Source of the DNA: a virus
Taxonomy: Duplodnaviria > Caudoviricetes
IMG/VR virus record: IMGVR_UViG_3300046820_001270
Coordinates: 128,001 to 192,000 of that record
Length of the DNA: 64,000 nucleotides
Direction: 5' to 3' (one strand)
Shown here: piece after piece, positions 37,993 to 48,661 of the stretch
How positions within the stretch are numbered: the stretch's first letter is position 1
Layout of the letters: every line of letters begins with the position of its first letter
Notes under the pieces: generated by a model
What the model saw: only the letters and a program-made list of their open reading frames with translations
Database searches by the model: none
What the model was told of the DNA's origin: nothing
Translations under genes and position numbers: made by a program

Positions 37993-38125
37993 ATAAAATA
38001 GAAAAGTTGAGATGTTTTAATTGAAAAAGATGTACACCTTAAAGTACATGAACCCATGTTAATTGATCTTAAGGGTAAAATTGATACTAATCTCTAAATC
38101 CAAGTATTTATATAAAAACACACAA

Positions 38126-38587
38126 ATGGGAAAGAAATTTAAAATTACAGAAGACCAACTAAAAAGATTGGTTGAAAACAAAAGTAGAATTCAAGAACAA
38201 AATGAAGGATATATGGATGAAGAACTTGACGGACCTTCAAGAGAAGAATATTTTGCTAAACACGGAGATGATAATATGGGTTGGACAGGTAGTTCAAACA
38301 AAACATATCAAGATTTACCTGATGGTGACTATGATGATGAAACGTATGATGATTTTGATACATTACATAATGCTTATCCTAATTTTCATTCACATTATTC
38401 AGGTAAAGGTGAGGTAGATCGAGCAAGAGGAATGTTTGGTACATATAAAAACCTTCGTGGTCCATTACGTATAAAGAAAAGAAGATCTATGGATGAGATG
38501 GGCGTGAAAGAAGATGGTATGATGAACGAATCGATTAAACAATATAAAACCGAATTTGAGAGGTTTTTAAAGAAACCAAAACAATAG
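38126..38587 (+). CDS. acidic leader-bearing protein
   Basis: MGKKFKITEDQLKRLVE; TATTTATA upstream. Confidence 0.7.
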   Translation: MGKKFKITEDQLKRLVENKSRIQEQNEGYMDEELDGPSREEYFAKHGDDNMGWTGSSNKTYQDLPDGDYDDETYDDFDTLHNAYPNFHSHYSGKGEVDRARGMFGTYKNLRGPLRIKKRRSMDEMGVKEDGMMNESIKQYKTEFERFLKKPKQ

Positions 38588-38647
38588 TTAATGAACCCTT
38601 CAGAAATGAGGGGTTTTTTATTATATCTATAGGGATATTTATATACA

Positions 38648-40825
38648 ATGAACTTTAACAACATTTTTGAAGAATTACTACTTGAGTTAAGTGGACAGGA
38701 GATATACCAAAAGTATTATTCTAAAATACCATATGAGACTTTTTTAGATATTGTAATGGCTGACCCGAAAACAAACATAAGTGGATCAGGTGAATTACTA
38801 TCAATAGGAAAATATTCAAAATTATTATTATCATTTTATCAAAAGGGTAGTTTAAGGGATGAGGATTTAGCAAAGGCTGAAGAATATTTGGAATGTGTTT
38901 ATTCCCATAATATCGCATTAGACGTAAGTAAATTAAAAAATTTAGGGGACTTATATCAAGTAGTTCAAAAATATCTTATTTCGGACACACAAGATCTTAA
39001 TGAAATTTTAAAGGCACTTGTTATCGATCAAGATTACAAATTACTACATCAAGGTAAAGATTGGGATTTTTATCAACCTCTTACCGAAAAAGGATCATCA
39101 TATTTAGGATTTGCTACCGAGTGGTGTACCGCTTGGGGTCAGTATTGTCTTAATAAAAAATATAGAGAAAGGCAAAACCATTTTGAAAGACATAACGGAC
39201 AAGGACCTTTATTCATTATGATGAGTAAAATTAATCCATTAAACAAATATCAATTTCATTTTGAAACAAATCAATTTATGGATCCAAAGGACAGTAGAAT
39301 TAATTTTACTGAATTTTGGCCAAATAAAGATGAAATTAAAAATTATTTCTTCCCATCATTAGTTAGAGAAACATCTGAGGAAGAAGTAAAAAATGAATTA
39401 CAAAGAATTTCAATTTTACCTGATGCAGATGGTATGGTAATATTAAAGAAATCAATCGGAACTGTTAACAATCCTTTAGTGGAAGCAATCATAAATGAAG
39501 ATGAAGACGCATTAGAAGATTTGGTTGATGGTGAAGAAAGAGATGGTTCTGTTTATGTTTATAGTGGTAGACTTATTATACAAGTTGACGGGATACCAGG
39601 AGACGATGCTGAGGGTGTTGAAAGATCAATAGATCAATATAGGGGAGAGTCGAATAATGGTTGGGAGTGGGTTCACAGTGATATTGAAAATAGATATTAC
39701 GACGTAAGTGATTATGAAGATGATTTTGAAAAAATTTTTAAATCTTATTACGATAATCACAAAATAATATTACAACAAGAATTGGGTATTAATTCATATG
39801 AAATTTTTAAAGAAGATTATTTTGACAATTATCTTGGTGATAATCATATTGTAGATACTTTTGTAGATGATATAACTGATTTATCATATGCAAGTTATGA
39901 AGCCGAAAATGATAGAGAGGCGGATGCGATTGAAAAGTATTTGTCTTTTGGTTCTTCAGATGAACTTAATTTTTCAATTGTTTTTTTAGTACAATTTTTA
40001 ATTAAAAGAAATATTGTTGGACTTGGTGGGAATTATGATTGGACAATACAAGACATGGTTAGTAGTTATATTAGTCATTATAAATTAACAACTGAAATAG
40101 ATGAACCGGTATATAATTATGAGACAACATATCCAAAATATGGAGACAATAATTATATTACGAAAAGTACTGATGAACATTTCGGTAAATTATTAGATAA
40201 CCCTGAAACAAATCATCAATGTGTAGAATTAAGAAAACAATTAAATTATATTATTAAAACTTTATTTAAAGGATCAAACAAATTTGAAAATGATCATGTA
40301 AAAATTAAGTTAAAATCAAATAAAATTGATTGTGAAAAGGGGACAGTTAATATTGAATTTGTAAATAAAGATACGGGTCAGGTTTTCTACGATAATAATG
40401 TTAAAGTTGAAAATTTACCGAGATATGCAACTAACTACGAATTGAATTTAAAAGAAAATAAAAAAATGAAATTAGTTATAACAGAATCTCAATTAGAAAA
40501 TTTAAAGAAGTCGGTTGGTAAAGGAGAAGATATAGGTGAAAGAAGTCGTAGTTTTGCGTTTACAAGAAAGAAAAGAAAATTTAGTAAACCTGAAAGAATG
40601 TCTAATCCACTTAGATATAAAGAAAAGGATAGATTGGAAGAGGAAGGTGAAGAACATAATTTTAATAAACCGTTAACACCTGAACAAATAAAAAGTATTG
40701 AACAAATAAACAAAGACGCTAAGTTCCTTACTTGTAGAAACTGTAGACATAAATTTACACAAACGACACATAAAAAGAAGAAATCTTTACCTATTTGTCC
40801 AACTTGCGGAACACATAATAAATAA
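38648..40825 (+). CDS. large protein with TEWCT (PcfJ-like) domain and C-terminal zinc ribbon; internal second leader
   Basis: GFATEWCTA; MKLVITESQL at 40466; CRNC...CPTC. Confidence 0.7.
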   Translation: MNFNNIFEELLLELSGQEIYQKYYSKIPYETFLDIVMADPKTNISGSGELLSIGKYSKLLLSFYQKGSLRDEDLAKAEEYLECVYSHNIALDVSKLKNLGDLYQVVQKYLISDTQDLNEILKALVIDQDYKLLHQGKDWDFYQPLTEKGSSYLGFATEWCTAWGQYCLNKKYRERQNHFERHNGQGPLFIMMSKINPLNKYQFHFETNQFMDPKDSRINFTEFWPNKDEIKNYFFPSLVRETSEEEVKNELQRISILPDADGMVILKKSIGTVNNPLVEAIINEDEDALEDLVDGEERDGSVYVYSGRLIIQVDGIPGDDAEGVERSIDQYRGESNNGWEWVHSDIENRYYDVSDYEDDFEKIFKSYYDNHKIILQQELGINSYEIFKEDYFDNYLGDNHIVDTFVDDITDLSYASYEAENDREADAIEKYLSFGSSDELNFSIVFLVQFLIKRNIVGLGGNYDWTIQDMVSSYISHYKLTTEIDEPVYNYETTYPKYGDNNYITKSTDEHFGKLLDNPETNHQCVELRKQLNYIIKTLFKGSNKFENDHVKIKLKSNKIDCEKGTVNIEFVNKDTGQVFYDNNVKVENLPRYATNYELNLKENKKMKLVITESQLENLKKSVGKGEDIGERSRSFAFTRKKRKFSKPERMSNPLRYKEKDRLEEEGEEHNFNKPLTPEQIKSIEQINKDAKFLTCRNCRHKFTQTTHKKKKSLPICPTCGTHNK

Positions 40826-40840
40826 TATTATTAAGATTAA

Positions 40841-41971
40841 CTACAAACACTTAGCCCCTAAATTCCATTGTGTTCCTACAACGGGACTATATACTCTCAT
40901 AGTAACGGATGACATACTTTCATCTTTTGTTATGGTGATACCAACAGAACCATTATGATAAGGATTTAATTCCCAAAAATCGGGATCGTCGGTTGTGGTT
41001 TGTTTAATTGTGGTATTATCAGTAAAGGTATATAATGGTGTAGTTTGTAAAAACTCATCAATAAGTTTCATATTATTTGTTCCTTCACGCATAAATCGTT
41101 CATGATCAATAACATGTCTAAATAAACTCCATAAATCACTTACTCTCTTTCCTTCGAACATATCCAAAGCGTCGTATTTATCTAAACGAACAAAATTATT
41201 TGGAAAGTAATTAGGGATTTTACCTCCGTAACCATAAACTAAAGTTGTCGCAATACATGCGTTGACGAGTGGATCCGATGCTTGGTTGGAAACAAGTCCA
41301 GTGCTTTGAGAAAAAGAACCCGCATTAACCACTAACATATCCGCCATTGAATGTGGAGAAAATACTATTTTAAATTTAGTACCATTTGGTAATTTACTAA
41401 CATCAATTGTTTTTGTGTAACCAACAAAATCATCTTCTTTTTTGGCAACACCACCCTCCATATTTTCAGTAAAATTACAGATTGTTTCTATCGTTCTACT
41501 ACCAATAATTTGTAATGATAATGTAACGTATTGATTTTTTTTGTACTCTATCCAATCCTTACCCTTTTTCGGGTCCCAAGAAGGTCCTTGAACTCCTTTG
41601 TCTATTTTATTGATTTTAACATTTTCCGGTACACTTGATAACATAAATTTTTCTACCTCATCGGCCCTTAAACGTGATAAATCACCAACCTTCATTCCCG
41701 CTGGAGGTGGTACCGCTGATTCGGAGGATTCTACATTAATAATAAATTGTTGATTATTTGGGTAATCTTTAATTTCAGTATTTATTTTATTCATTGCGTC
41801 ATTAATTGATTTAGTGTTTGTCAATTTATATTGACCACTTGCAAATGAATTACTAATGTTGTAAACTTGTGACGGTTTAGTTTCAGTATAACTAGATAAT
41901 ACTTTTTGTTCATTAATCACCACTTTAGTGATTAAATCTTCAATCTGTTTTTCTAATAATATAATTTTCAT
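40841..41971 (-). CDS. leader-bearing protein with OmpA-C-like domain
   Basis: FASGQYKL...INVESSES...LSRLRADEV...NQYVTL. Confidence 0.6.
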   Translation of the reverse strand: MKIILLEKQIEDLITKVVINEQKVLSSYTETKPSQVYNISNSFASGQYKLTNTKSINDAMNKINTEIKDYPNNQQFIINVESSESAVPPPAGMKVGDLSRLRADEVEKFMLSSVPENVKINKIDKGVQGPSWDPKKGKDWIEYKKNQYVTLSLQIIGSRTIETICNFTENMEGGVAKKEDDFVGYTKTIDVSKLPNGTKFKIVFSPHSMADMLVVNAGSFSQSTGLVSNQASDPLVNACIATTLVYGYGGKIPNYFPNNFVRLDKYDALDMFEGKRVSDLWSLFRHVIDHERFMREGTNNMKLIDEFLQTTPLYTFTDNTTIKQTTTDDPDFWELNPYHNGSVGITITKDESMSSVTMRVYSPVVGTQWNLGAKCL

Positions 41972-41991
41972 TGTTATTTCTAAATTGTTTT

Positions 41992-43299
41992 TTATTTCTT
42001 AGGTGGTTTACCACATAAGTCAGTTCTAAGAAGTGCGGTTTCACTCATACTACCTCTTGCCATTTTTACATTTGGTTCACCTTGGTAGAGGTTTCCTTCT
42101 TTATTATTAATTATAACAAATGGAACTTCAGCATGTGAACCATATAAATAAAACATACTATAATCACCCTCACTACCAACTAAAGGTTTAATTGATAAAA
42201 CTATTTCTTCCGCAGGGGCATTGTCTATTATTGATTTGGCCGTTTTACCATCTAATATAAATGTTTGTGAACGAACCCCACCCCATTTATTATCACTATA
42301 TCTATTATTATTTTTATTAATAGAATTATTAACCTTTTCTATATATTCAATATATGGTTCGTATTCATAAGAACCGGTTAATTCTGCATGTTTTGATATA
42401 TATTTATTTAAAAAAACTATTCTATTATCTTCAATAACCGGAGTGGGCTCATCACCTACAATTTTATAAATGTATTGTGCCATTTTTTGGTTGTTTGGAT
42501 TTTTTATTTTACCTTTTTCAATATCCGATAACCAAATTTGATATGCCATTTTTTGTTTATTTTCATATTCAGATTTTACATCAACACCTTTTTTAATGAT
42601 TTGTCTAAATTCAGGTGATGAAATAGTATCTAAAACACCATTGTTTAAATTTACAACTCCTATTGAAACTCCATTCATTTTTAAATCAAATATCGCCTCA
42701 TCACAATTATGTACAGCTTTAGTTTTACTTTGGTCATACATTAACGTAATTTCTAAACCTATAAGACATTCGTAATCTTTACTAGTACTAATAATTGCAC
42801 TTACAAATTGTTCTTTTTGATATAAACTTGTTAATTTCGGATTTTTTAAATCGTTAGATCCACTGTATGGGGTATCCCCAGTTTTTGTTTGAGGTTCTGG
42901 TATTTTAGGTAATTTATCTATGGATCCATTATCAAGAAGATCTTTAAAATATTTACCTAAATAATTAACCATTTGTTCTCCTCTTTTTTGTGATAAAATT
43001 CCTGTGGCTAATTTTGGTTTAGATGGATCTTCATTATCTACGTTTGTTACTTTACTTTCTCCTGCAACAATTTGTATTGTTATATTACTTCCTTTATTCT
43101 TATTGATAAAATTGGTTATTTTAGATAATTCAGGATTTAATTTACTTATTTGACTAGAAGTTAATTTCCAATAACCCATCGGCCAAATAGACCCTAATGG
43201 AACGGTCAATGATTCTGTTCTAACTTCATTTTGTTCGTTGACAACTAATTTATCGACCATCCTCTTAATCTGATCTTCCGTTAAAATTACTTTCTTCAT
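41992..43299 (-). CDS. leader-bearing protein with OmpA-C-like domain (paralog)
   Basis: WPMGYWKL...IQIVAGES...LSQKRGEQM...EQFVSA. Confidence 0.6.
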   Translation of the reverse strand: MKKVILTEDQIKRMVDKLVVNEQNEVRTESLTVPLGSIWPMGYWKLTSSQISKLNPELSKITNFINKNKGSNITIQIVAGESKVTNVDNEDPSKPKLATGILSQKRGEQMVNYLGKYFKDLLDNGSIDKLPKIPEPQTKTGDTPYSGSNDLKNPKLTSLYQKEQFVSAIISTSKDYECLIGLEITLMYDQSKTKAVHNCDEAIFDLKMNGVSIGVVNLNNGVLDTISSPEFRQIIKKGVDVKSEYENKQKMAYQIWLSDIEKGKIKNPNNQKMAQYIYKIVGDEPTPVIEDNRIVFLNKYISKHAELTGSYEYEPYIEYIEKVNNSINKNNNRYSDNKWGGVRSQTFILDGKTAKSIIDNAPAEEIVLSIKPLVGSEGDYSMFYLYGSHAEVPFVIINNKEGNLYQGEPNVKMARGSMSETALLRTDLCGKPPKK

Positions 43300-43359
43300 G
43301 TTATATATAAATACTTTAAAAAGATAAGTTGTATTTATTAGTATATAAATAGAAAAATT

Positions 43360-44202
43360 ATGTTATTAAAATTAGGATCAACGGGAGACGACGTTGTAAA
43401 ATTACAAAATAAATTGGGCGTTGACCCAATAGGTAAATTCGGACCTAAAACCGAAGCTGCGGTAAAAGCTTGGCAATCTCAGAACGGGTTAACCGCAGAT
43501 GGTATTGTTGGAGATGGTACTTGGAGTAAATTATTTGCTGAAGGTACAGTATCCGCTCCGACCTTAATAACTGAGCCTGCACCAATTAGGAGTTCAGGTG
43601 GGTTAAAATTAGAAAAATTAAAGGGACATATTCCCGATGCGGTTATAGCTCAAATTCCTGACACAGCAGCTAAATTCCAAATAGACACACCGTTACGTTT
43701 GGCTCATTTCTTAGCTCAATGTGGACATGAAAGTGGTGGGTTTAGACTTACAAAAGAAAATTTAAATTATTCAGCGAAAGGTCTAACAGGTACATTTAAG
43801 AAGTATTTCCCAACAGAAGCTGCGGCAAAACCATACGAAAGACAACCTGTAAAGATTGCAAATAAGGTATATGGTGGAAGAATGGGTAATGGTCCTGAAT
43901 CATCAGGAGAAGGGGCTAAATTCTGTGGTAGAGGATATATCCAATTAACGGGTAAAGACAACTACACGGCATTTGGTAAATCAATTAATGAGGATATCTT
44001 ATCAAATCCTGATAAAGTTGCAAGTGATTATGCGTTATTATCTGCGGCTTGGTTCTTCTCAAAGAACGGTTTACATAAGATGGCCGATGAGGGTTCATCT
44101 GATACAGTTGTAACTAAAATTACAAAAAGAGTTAATGGAGGTACAATTGGTTTGGCTGATCGTATTAAACACTTTAAAGAATATTATTCATTATTATCAT
44201 AA
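43360..44202 (+). CDS. endolysin: peptidoglycan-binding domain + GH19 chitinase-like catalytic domain
   Basis: LKLGSTGDDV..LQ; RLAHFLAQCGHESGGF..ENLNYS; GRGYIQLTGKDNY; TKRVNGG..GLADR. Confidence 0.92.
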   Translation: MLLKLGSTGDDVVKLQNKLGVDPIGKFGPKTEAAVKAWQSQNGLTADGIVGDGTWSKLFAEGTVSAPTLITEPAPIRSSGGLKLEKLKGHIPDAVIAQIPDTAAKFQIDTPLRLAHFLAQCGHESGGFRLTKENLNYSAKGLTGTFKKYFPTEAAAKPYERQPVKIANKVYGGRMGNGPESSGEGAKFCGRGYIQLTGKDNYTAFGKSINEDILSNPDKVASDYALLSAAWFFSKNGLHKMADEGSSDTVVTKITKRVNGGTIGLADRIKHFKEYYSLLS

Positions 44203-44229
44203 AAAAAGGGACTTTATAGTCCCTTTTTA
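44201..44229. terminator. bidirectional terminator
   Basis: AAAAAAAGGGACT-TTAT-AGTCCCTTTTT between convergent genes. Confidence 0.8.
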
Positions 44230-44231
44230 AT

Positions 44232-45866
44232 TTAATACATTTCTTTTATATCTACATCCGTTTCAGGATCTAAATCACTGAATCTACGTGAATCGTCATC
44301 ATCATTTTCTTCGTCTTTAGGATGCATTTTAGTACCTTCTAATTCCGCCCATTTCTTAGCACCAATAAAGTGGCCTCCGGCCAATTCATTATCCTCATCG
44401 ATAGGATAAACACAATATAGTGTACGATTATCAATCGGACCATTCTCACCTACCACATATGTCTCAACTAAGTATGACTTGTCTTGATCATCAATGTATA
44501 ATATAGTTGATGATTCCGTATAATGAGGTTCAAACATAACTCCATCGTAAACAACCCAATTTGTTTTATCTAAATGATATAAACCAAAATTTTTCTTATT
44601 CTTCTTACTTTTATATAATCTAATCTTAGGATTATCAATACTTGTTCTAGCAGTAATAAATTCATTCTCCATTAAATGTTGGTAAATGAACGCCACACCT
44701 AAATCCGCTAAACTCTGATTTGAAATTCTACCTTGTTGATCTTGTCTTGATCCTACAGATTTAAGTGTACTATCTAATAGTCTAAATTCATTACCAACTT
44801 TTTTAATAGCAGACATTATTTCATATGACGAAAATTTATCAATAGCGTCTCTTGCAGTTACCGTTAAGATATATAGATTTCTAAGGTTGGTATCCATACT
44901 CTTCCAAGACTTTTCGGTTGATATTACCCCTCCTCCATCTAAATAAGCCTTTTTTAATTCTCTTCTTGCCGCTGCAAATTCATTTCTACCTGGATTTTCA
45001 GTAAGTCGATTGGCCATGTTTCTGTCGAATAATTCGGCCTCATCGTAAGCGATGTATTCAAACTTATCTTTATGTTCCGCCAATTGTGGATATATTCGAA
45101 TAACTTCTTCCCATGTTTTAGGGTTATCACCATCATTCAACATACTAGTCATTCTAAAACCGGTATATCCATTATCACGTACACAATATTGTAATGCACA
45201 TATGTAATATCTGTTAATATCCTTATTTGGGTTGTCTTTAGGATTTTTAGATTCATCCATAACAAACCAAAACGTTCTTCTTGGTCTATATGTTCCCCAT
45301 AAATTAGAACGAGAATCTGACGTATTTCTACCCGTTACACACCATTGAAGACCCCCGTGTTTTTCAGCCATTGCTTGTTGGTAAAATCCATACTTAATTG
45401 ATTCTCTAGCGTCAGATACATAGTGTACTTTAAATCCTTCTTCACTAATAATTACGTCTCTATCACTTGACCATAATTTTTTAGATGCTGCAATCTTCTT
45501 TTCGTCAGATGTTAATTTACCTTTAAATTCATCTTCTTCACCTGCAGTTAACACAGCATCTCTAAATTCGTGTAATAAAGATTCAATTTCTTCTAAACTG
45601 TATTGACTAATATCCATTAATTTAGATGGATCAAATGCGGGTAAACCACGAGTACCGTCGTGTCTCATTAAAAAAGTATAGACGGCCGGATTATTAACGG
45701 TTAAACTTTTTTGTTTTTCCATGAATAATGTTAAATCGGCTTCAGCTTGTTGTATTTGTTCTGGAGTTGGATTATCACCAAACCATTTTTTTAATAGAAA
45801 GTTAAATAGTTTCTTATTTTTAACCTCTTCTACTATAACGTCATAAACTAAATCTTGTATGTTCAT
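44232..45866 (-). CDS. large protein with QWCVT (PcfJ-like) domain
   Basis: ESIKYG...LQWCVT...NLWGTYR...FWFVMD. Confidence 0.7.
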   Translation of the reverse strand: MNIQDLVYDVIVEEVKNKKLFNFLLKKWFGDNPTPEQIQQAEADLTLFMEKQKSLTVNNPAVYTFLMRHDGTRGLPAFDPSKLMDISQYSLEEIESLLHEFRDAVLTAGEEDEFKGKLTSDEKKIAASKKLWSSDRDVIISEEGFKVHYVSDARESIKYGFYQQAMAEKHGGLQWCVTGRNTSDSRSNLWGTYRPRRTFWFVMDESKNPKDNPNKDINRYYICALQYCVRDNGYTGFRMTSMLNDGDNPKTWEEVIRIYPQLAEHKDKFEYIAYDEAELFDRNMANRLTENPGRNEFAAARRELKKAYLDGGGVISTEKSWKSMDTNLRNLYILTVTARDAIDKFSSYEIMSAIKKVGNEFRLLDSTLKSVGSRQDQQGRISNQSLADLGVAFIYQHLMENEFITARTSIDNPKIRLYKSKKNKKNFGLYHLDKTNWVVYDGVMFEPHYTESSTILYIDDQDKSYLVETYVVGENGPIDNRTLYCVYPIDEDNELAGGHFIGAKKWAELEGTKMHPKDEENDDDDSRRFSDLDPETDVDIKEMY

Positions 45867-45917
45867 ACTACATAAATATATAATAAATACCTTTTTATCA
45901 ATATAAAAACGGGTATA

Positions 45918-46271
45918 TTATTGAGATATGAACACGTCGGAGTTTGTTAGATTTTTTTTAAGGGTAGATAGTTCATCTGTCACCGATTTTAATAACCTCT
46001 CAATCATAAGGATTTTCATTAAACTATCAGCATCCGTTGTACTAACATCATTGGTTTGACCACCGAAAAGAGCTAACTTAATTAAACTATCGGTTTCATT
46101 TTTAGATTGTTTTTCTTTCTTTCTTTGGAAATATCTTCTAGAATTCTCCCTTGTACAGTCAATACAGTAATTACTATGACCATCTAAAACTAACTTGTTC
46201 TTGTAAAAATTGTCAAGTGTTTTCGGTGTTTTACACCCCGAACATCTCTTCTCATTTTTCTCTTCAGACAT
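45918..46271 (-). CDS. zinc-finger protein (HNH-associated N-terminal type)
   Basis: CSGCKTPK.L.NFY......DGH.NYCIDC; promoter TTTG-N21-TACCTTTG at 46295-46327. Confidence 0.65.
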   Translation of the reverse strand: MSEEKNEKRCSGCKTPKTLDNFYKNKLVLDGHSNYCIDCTRENSRRYFQRKKEKQSKNETDSLIKLALFGGQTNDVSTTDADSLMKILMIERLLKSVTDELSTLKKNLTNSDVFISQ

Positions 46272-46376
46272 AAATCTATTTTTTGATTAAGAAACAAAGG
46301 TAATGTATATTAAAAGAAAAACCCAAATATCATAAAAAATATTTGGGTATAACTTATTTTATATTATATTTTAATA

Positions 46377-46718
46377 TTACCACCAACTTTCATGTTTAGA
46401 TACTAATTTGTCAAAAACCTCCTTTTCTTTTGGTGGCATTTTCTCTTCGGTATCAGGTCCCCACACACCATCGGTTGGGTAAACACGGACAATATCTTGA
46501 TACATTCTAATTGCCTCTTCAGTTGCAGAATTACGTCCAGTTCTACCATCAATAGTTAATTGTTTGAACTTTGGTATTGTTTTTAAACGAAGATTTAAAA
46601 ATTCCTGTACCGCCTTTATTTTATTTCTTTCGTAATTCTGTTCATTGATTTGAGTTCCCGTCATTTGACTATCAATAATTTTCTTAATTTGACTTTCAGT
46701 GAATATATATTTTTTCAT
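46377..46718 (-). CDS. leader-bearing peptidoglycan-binding protein
   Basis: MKKYIFTESQI; KAVQEFLN...IDGRTG...DGVWGPDT. Confidence 0.7.
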   Translation of the reverse strand: MKKYIFTESQIKKIIDSQMTGTQINEQNYERNKIKAVQEFLNLRLKTIPKFKQLTIDGRTGRNSATEEAIRMYQDIVRVYPTDGVWGPDTEEKMPPKEKEVFDKLVSKHESWW

Positions 46719-46719
46719 A

Positions 46720-47046
46720 TTATTTAGTTATTGTCCTTCTTTTTTTAATTAAATTATCGTTCTCTTTAGTTAGATATTCAACTTTAACGGTCAACGCGGC
46801 CACTTCTCTTGTTAAATTCAATACCATTGTACGTAGTTCATCTTTTTCACTTGCGGATTGTTCCAATAAGGCCTCCAATTTAGAGATACGATCTTTACAG
46901 TCATGTCTGATGAAGTCCTCATCTTTCTCCTTATGCATTGCTCTTCTTTCGTAGTATCTCCAAGCACCTCCACCACCTAAGATGGTTACTGCGGTGATTA
47001 ATACTGAATAAATGTTTTCCATATTGTTATAAATAGTGTAATACAA
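46720..47046 (-). CDS. membrane-anchored coiled-coil protein (holin/spanin-like candidate)
   Basis: N-terminal TM LITAVTILGGGGAW then heptad-rich coil. Confidence 0.55.
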   Translation of the reverse strand: MYYTIYNNMENIYSVLITAVTILGGGGAWRYYERRAMHKEKDEDFIRHDCKDRISKLEALLEQSASEKDELRTMVLNLTREVAALTVKVEYLTKENDNLIKKRRTITK

Positions 47047-47244
47047 AATAAAATTTAACTTTTTCTAAGTTGGTGGGGGTAATAACCCGAATTAATTTTT
47101 ACCTGTCAAATCGACACTCTTTTTTTGGGTATTTTCCTAATCAATAACTTATTTATTTTTGTTGTCGGGGGACAAAATAAACTTATTAAATTAATATACG
47201 GGAGATTTCACAAACTCCCCTTTTTTATGTATATTAGGTAAGAT

Positions 47245-47796
47245 ATGAGTAAGATAATTAATTTTTTTGGTGGGCCGGGTATAGGTAAATCCACCCAAGC
47301 ATCAGGTTTATTTACAGAGATGAAAAAACACCATATGAGTGTTGAATACACTTATGAGTTTCCAAAAGAAGTTGCATGGGAAGGAAATGTGTCCCAATTG
47401 AAGGATCAGTTCTTTATTACCGCAAATCAACATAGAAACATTAGTCGTCTTTATGGTAAGGTCGATTATATTATTGTTGATTCACCGATAGTATTGGGTT
47501 GTTTTTACGAACAACGATACGGTGAAGGTTATCCCGCATCACATTACTCAATGTCAGGTTTAAGTAATTTTCTTTGGAGTTTATTTAAAAGATATGACAA
47601 TATAAACATTTTATTAAAAAGGAACGATGAGACATATGATACAAATGGTAGACTTCAGGATTTACAGGAAGCTATCGAAATTGATGAAGACATTAAACAA
47701 ACATTGGATGTTAATAACATACGTTATAGCGAATTTTCTGTTAATAATGATACTGCTTTGGACATTTACAGCTATTTAATAGAAAACAATTTATGA
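47245..47796 (+). CDS. P-loop nucleotide kinase (AAA_28/NadR-like)
   Basis: IINFFGGPGIGKST; IIVDSP. Confidence 0.8.
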   Translation: MSKIINFFGGPGIGKSTQASGLFTEMKKHHMSVEYTYEFPKEVAWEGNVSQLKDQFFITANQHRNISRLYGKVDYIIVDSPIVLGCFYEQRYGEGYPASHYSMSGLSNFLWSLFKRYDNINILLKRNDETYDTNGRLQDLQEAIEIDEDIKQTLDVNNIRYSEFSVNNDTALDIYSYLIENNL

Positions 47797-48452
47797 GGAA
47801 AAATTTAGGTTCTTATGTGGGAATTACATTGATGACTTTAATGTTATTAACGATCACAGTATTCACTTTTGCACAAGATGTGGTGGTTTTAAAACATACA
47901 AATTATACATCACATTTCAGTAAATCAAAGAAATACCCCGTGATGGTTGAATGGTGGGAAACTAAAGCAAAAGTTGCTTGTGAAAAACCAATACCAAGAA
48001 AAGATAATTTTAAACCTGACCCATTATTGGTTAGTGAGACTAATTTAGCTGCAGATTACGTTGGTAGTGGTTTTGATAGAGGTCATTTAATGCCTGCCAA
48101 ATCAAATCAATGTCAAACACCGGCAATACAAGATGAGTGTTTTTATTTTTCCAATATGGTGGCACAATATCATAGATTAAATGCTGGTGATTGGAAATCA
48201 TTAGAAACTTTAACCAGAGATGTTGCAACAATAACCGACTCAGTTCACATATGGGCAGGAAATATCGGTGAAATTAAAAAAATAGGTAAAGTTTCTGTAC
48301 CAAAACAGTGTTGGAAGGTGTTTTATGTTGTTAAAAGTAAAGAATGGTTTGCTTATTTGTTTGAAAACGATTTATCCAATCCTGATGGTATAAATAACAA
48401 TAAAGTTTCAAAAACGGACATAGAAAAATTAACAGGTTTTAAATTCAAGTAA
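47793..48452 (+). CDS. secreted DNA/RNA non-specific endonuclease (NucA-like)
   Basis: signal-like N-terminus; FDRGHL.PA; FYFSN...Q..LN.G.W..LE. Confidence 0.88.
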   Translation: MRKNLGSYVGITLMTLMLLTITVFTFAQDVVVLKHTNYTSHFSKSKKYPVMVEWWETKAKVACEKPIPRKDNFKPDPLLVSETNLAADYVGSGFDRGHLMPAKSNQCQTPAIQDECFYFSNMVAQYHRLNAGDWKSLETLTRDVATITDSVHIWAGNIGEIKKIGKVSVPKQCWKVFYVVKSKEWFAYLFENDLSNPDGINNNKVSKTDIEKLTGFKFK

Positions 48453-48661
48453 TGTTAAATAAAGAATTAGTAAATTATCAAAATAAACTTTATTATATCT
48501 TTAAAAAGATAAAACAAGAACGTATTGTGGAAGGTTCTGTTAATGATTTAAGGGTACATTGGAGATGTGATATTGTTGTTAAAAGTAGAGTCAATAACGA
48601 CGACACACTTCTTTTTTTAGTGGAAATTCCTGAAGCTGAGATCGTAAAAGATCTTATTTAA
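48452..48661 (+). CDS. hypothetical protein
   Basis: 69 aa ORF. Confidence 0.55.
   Translation: MLNKELVNYQNKLYYIFKKIKQERIVEGSVNDLRVHWRCDIVVKSRVNNDDTLLFLVEIPEAEIVKDLI

Noticed and set aside
24833-38126. ORF-track starts at 24833, 26299, 27552, 31378, 38063 (also 5332, 6969, 10938)
   Set aside because: Extensions run through terminators and the TATTTATA motif; downstream ATGs match the conserved leaders
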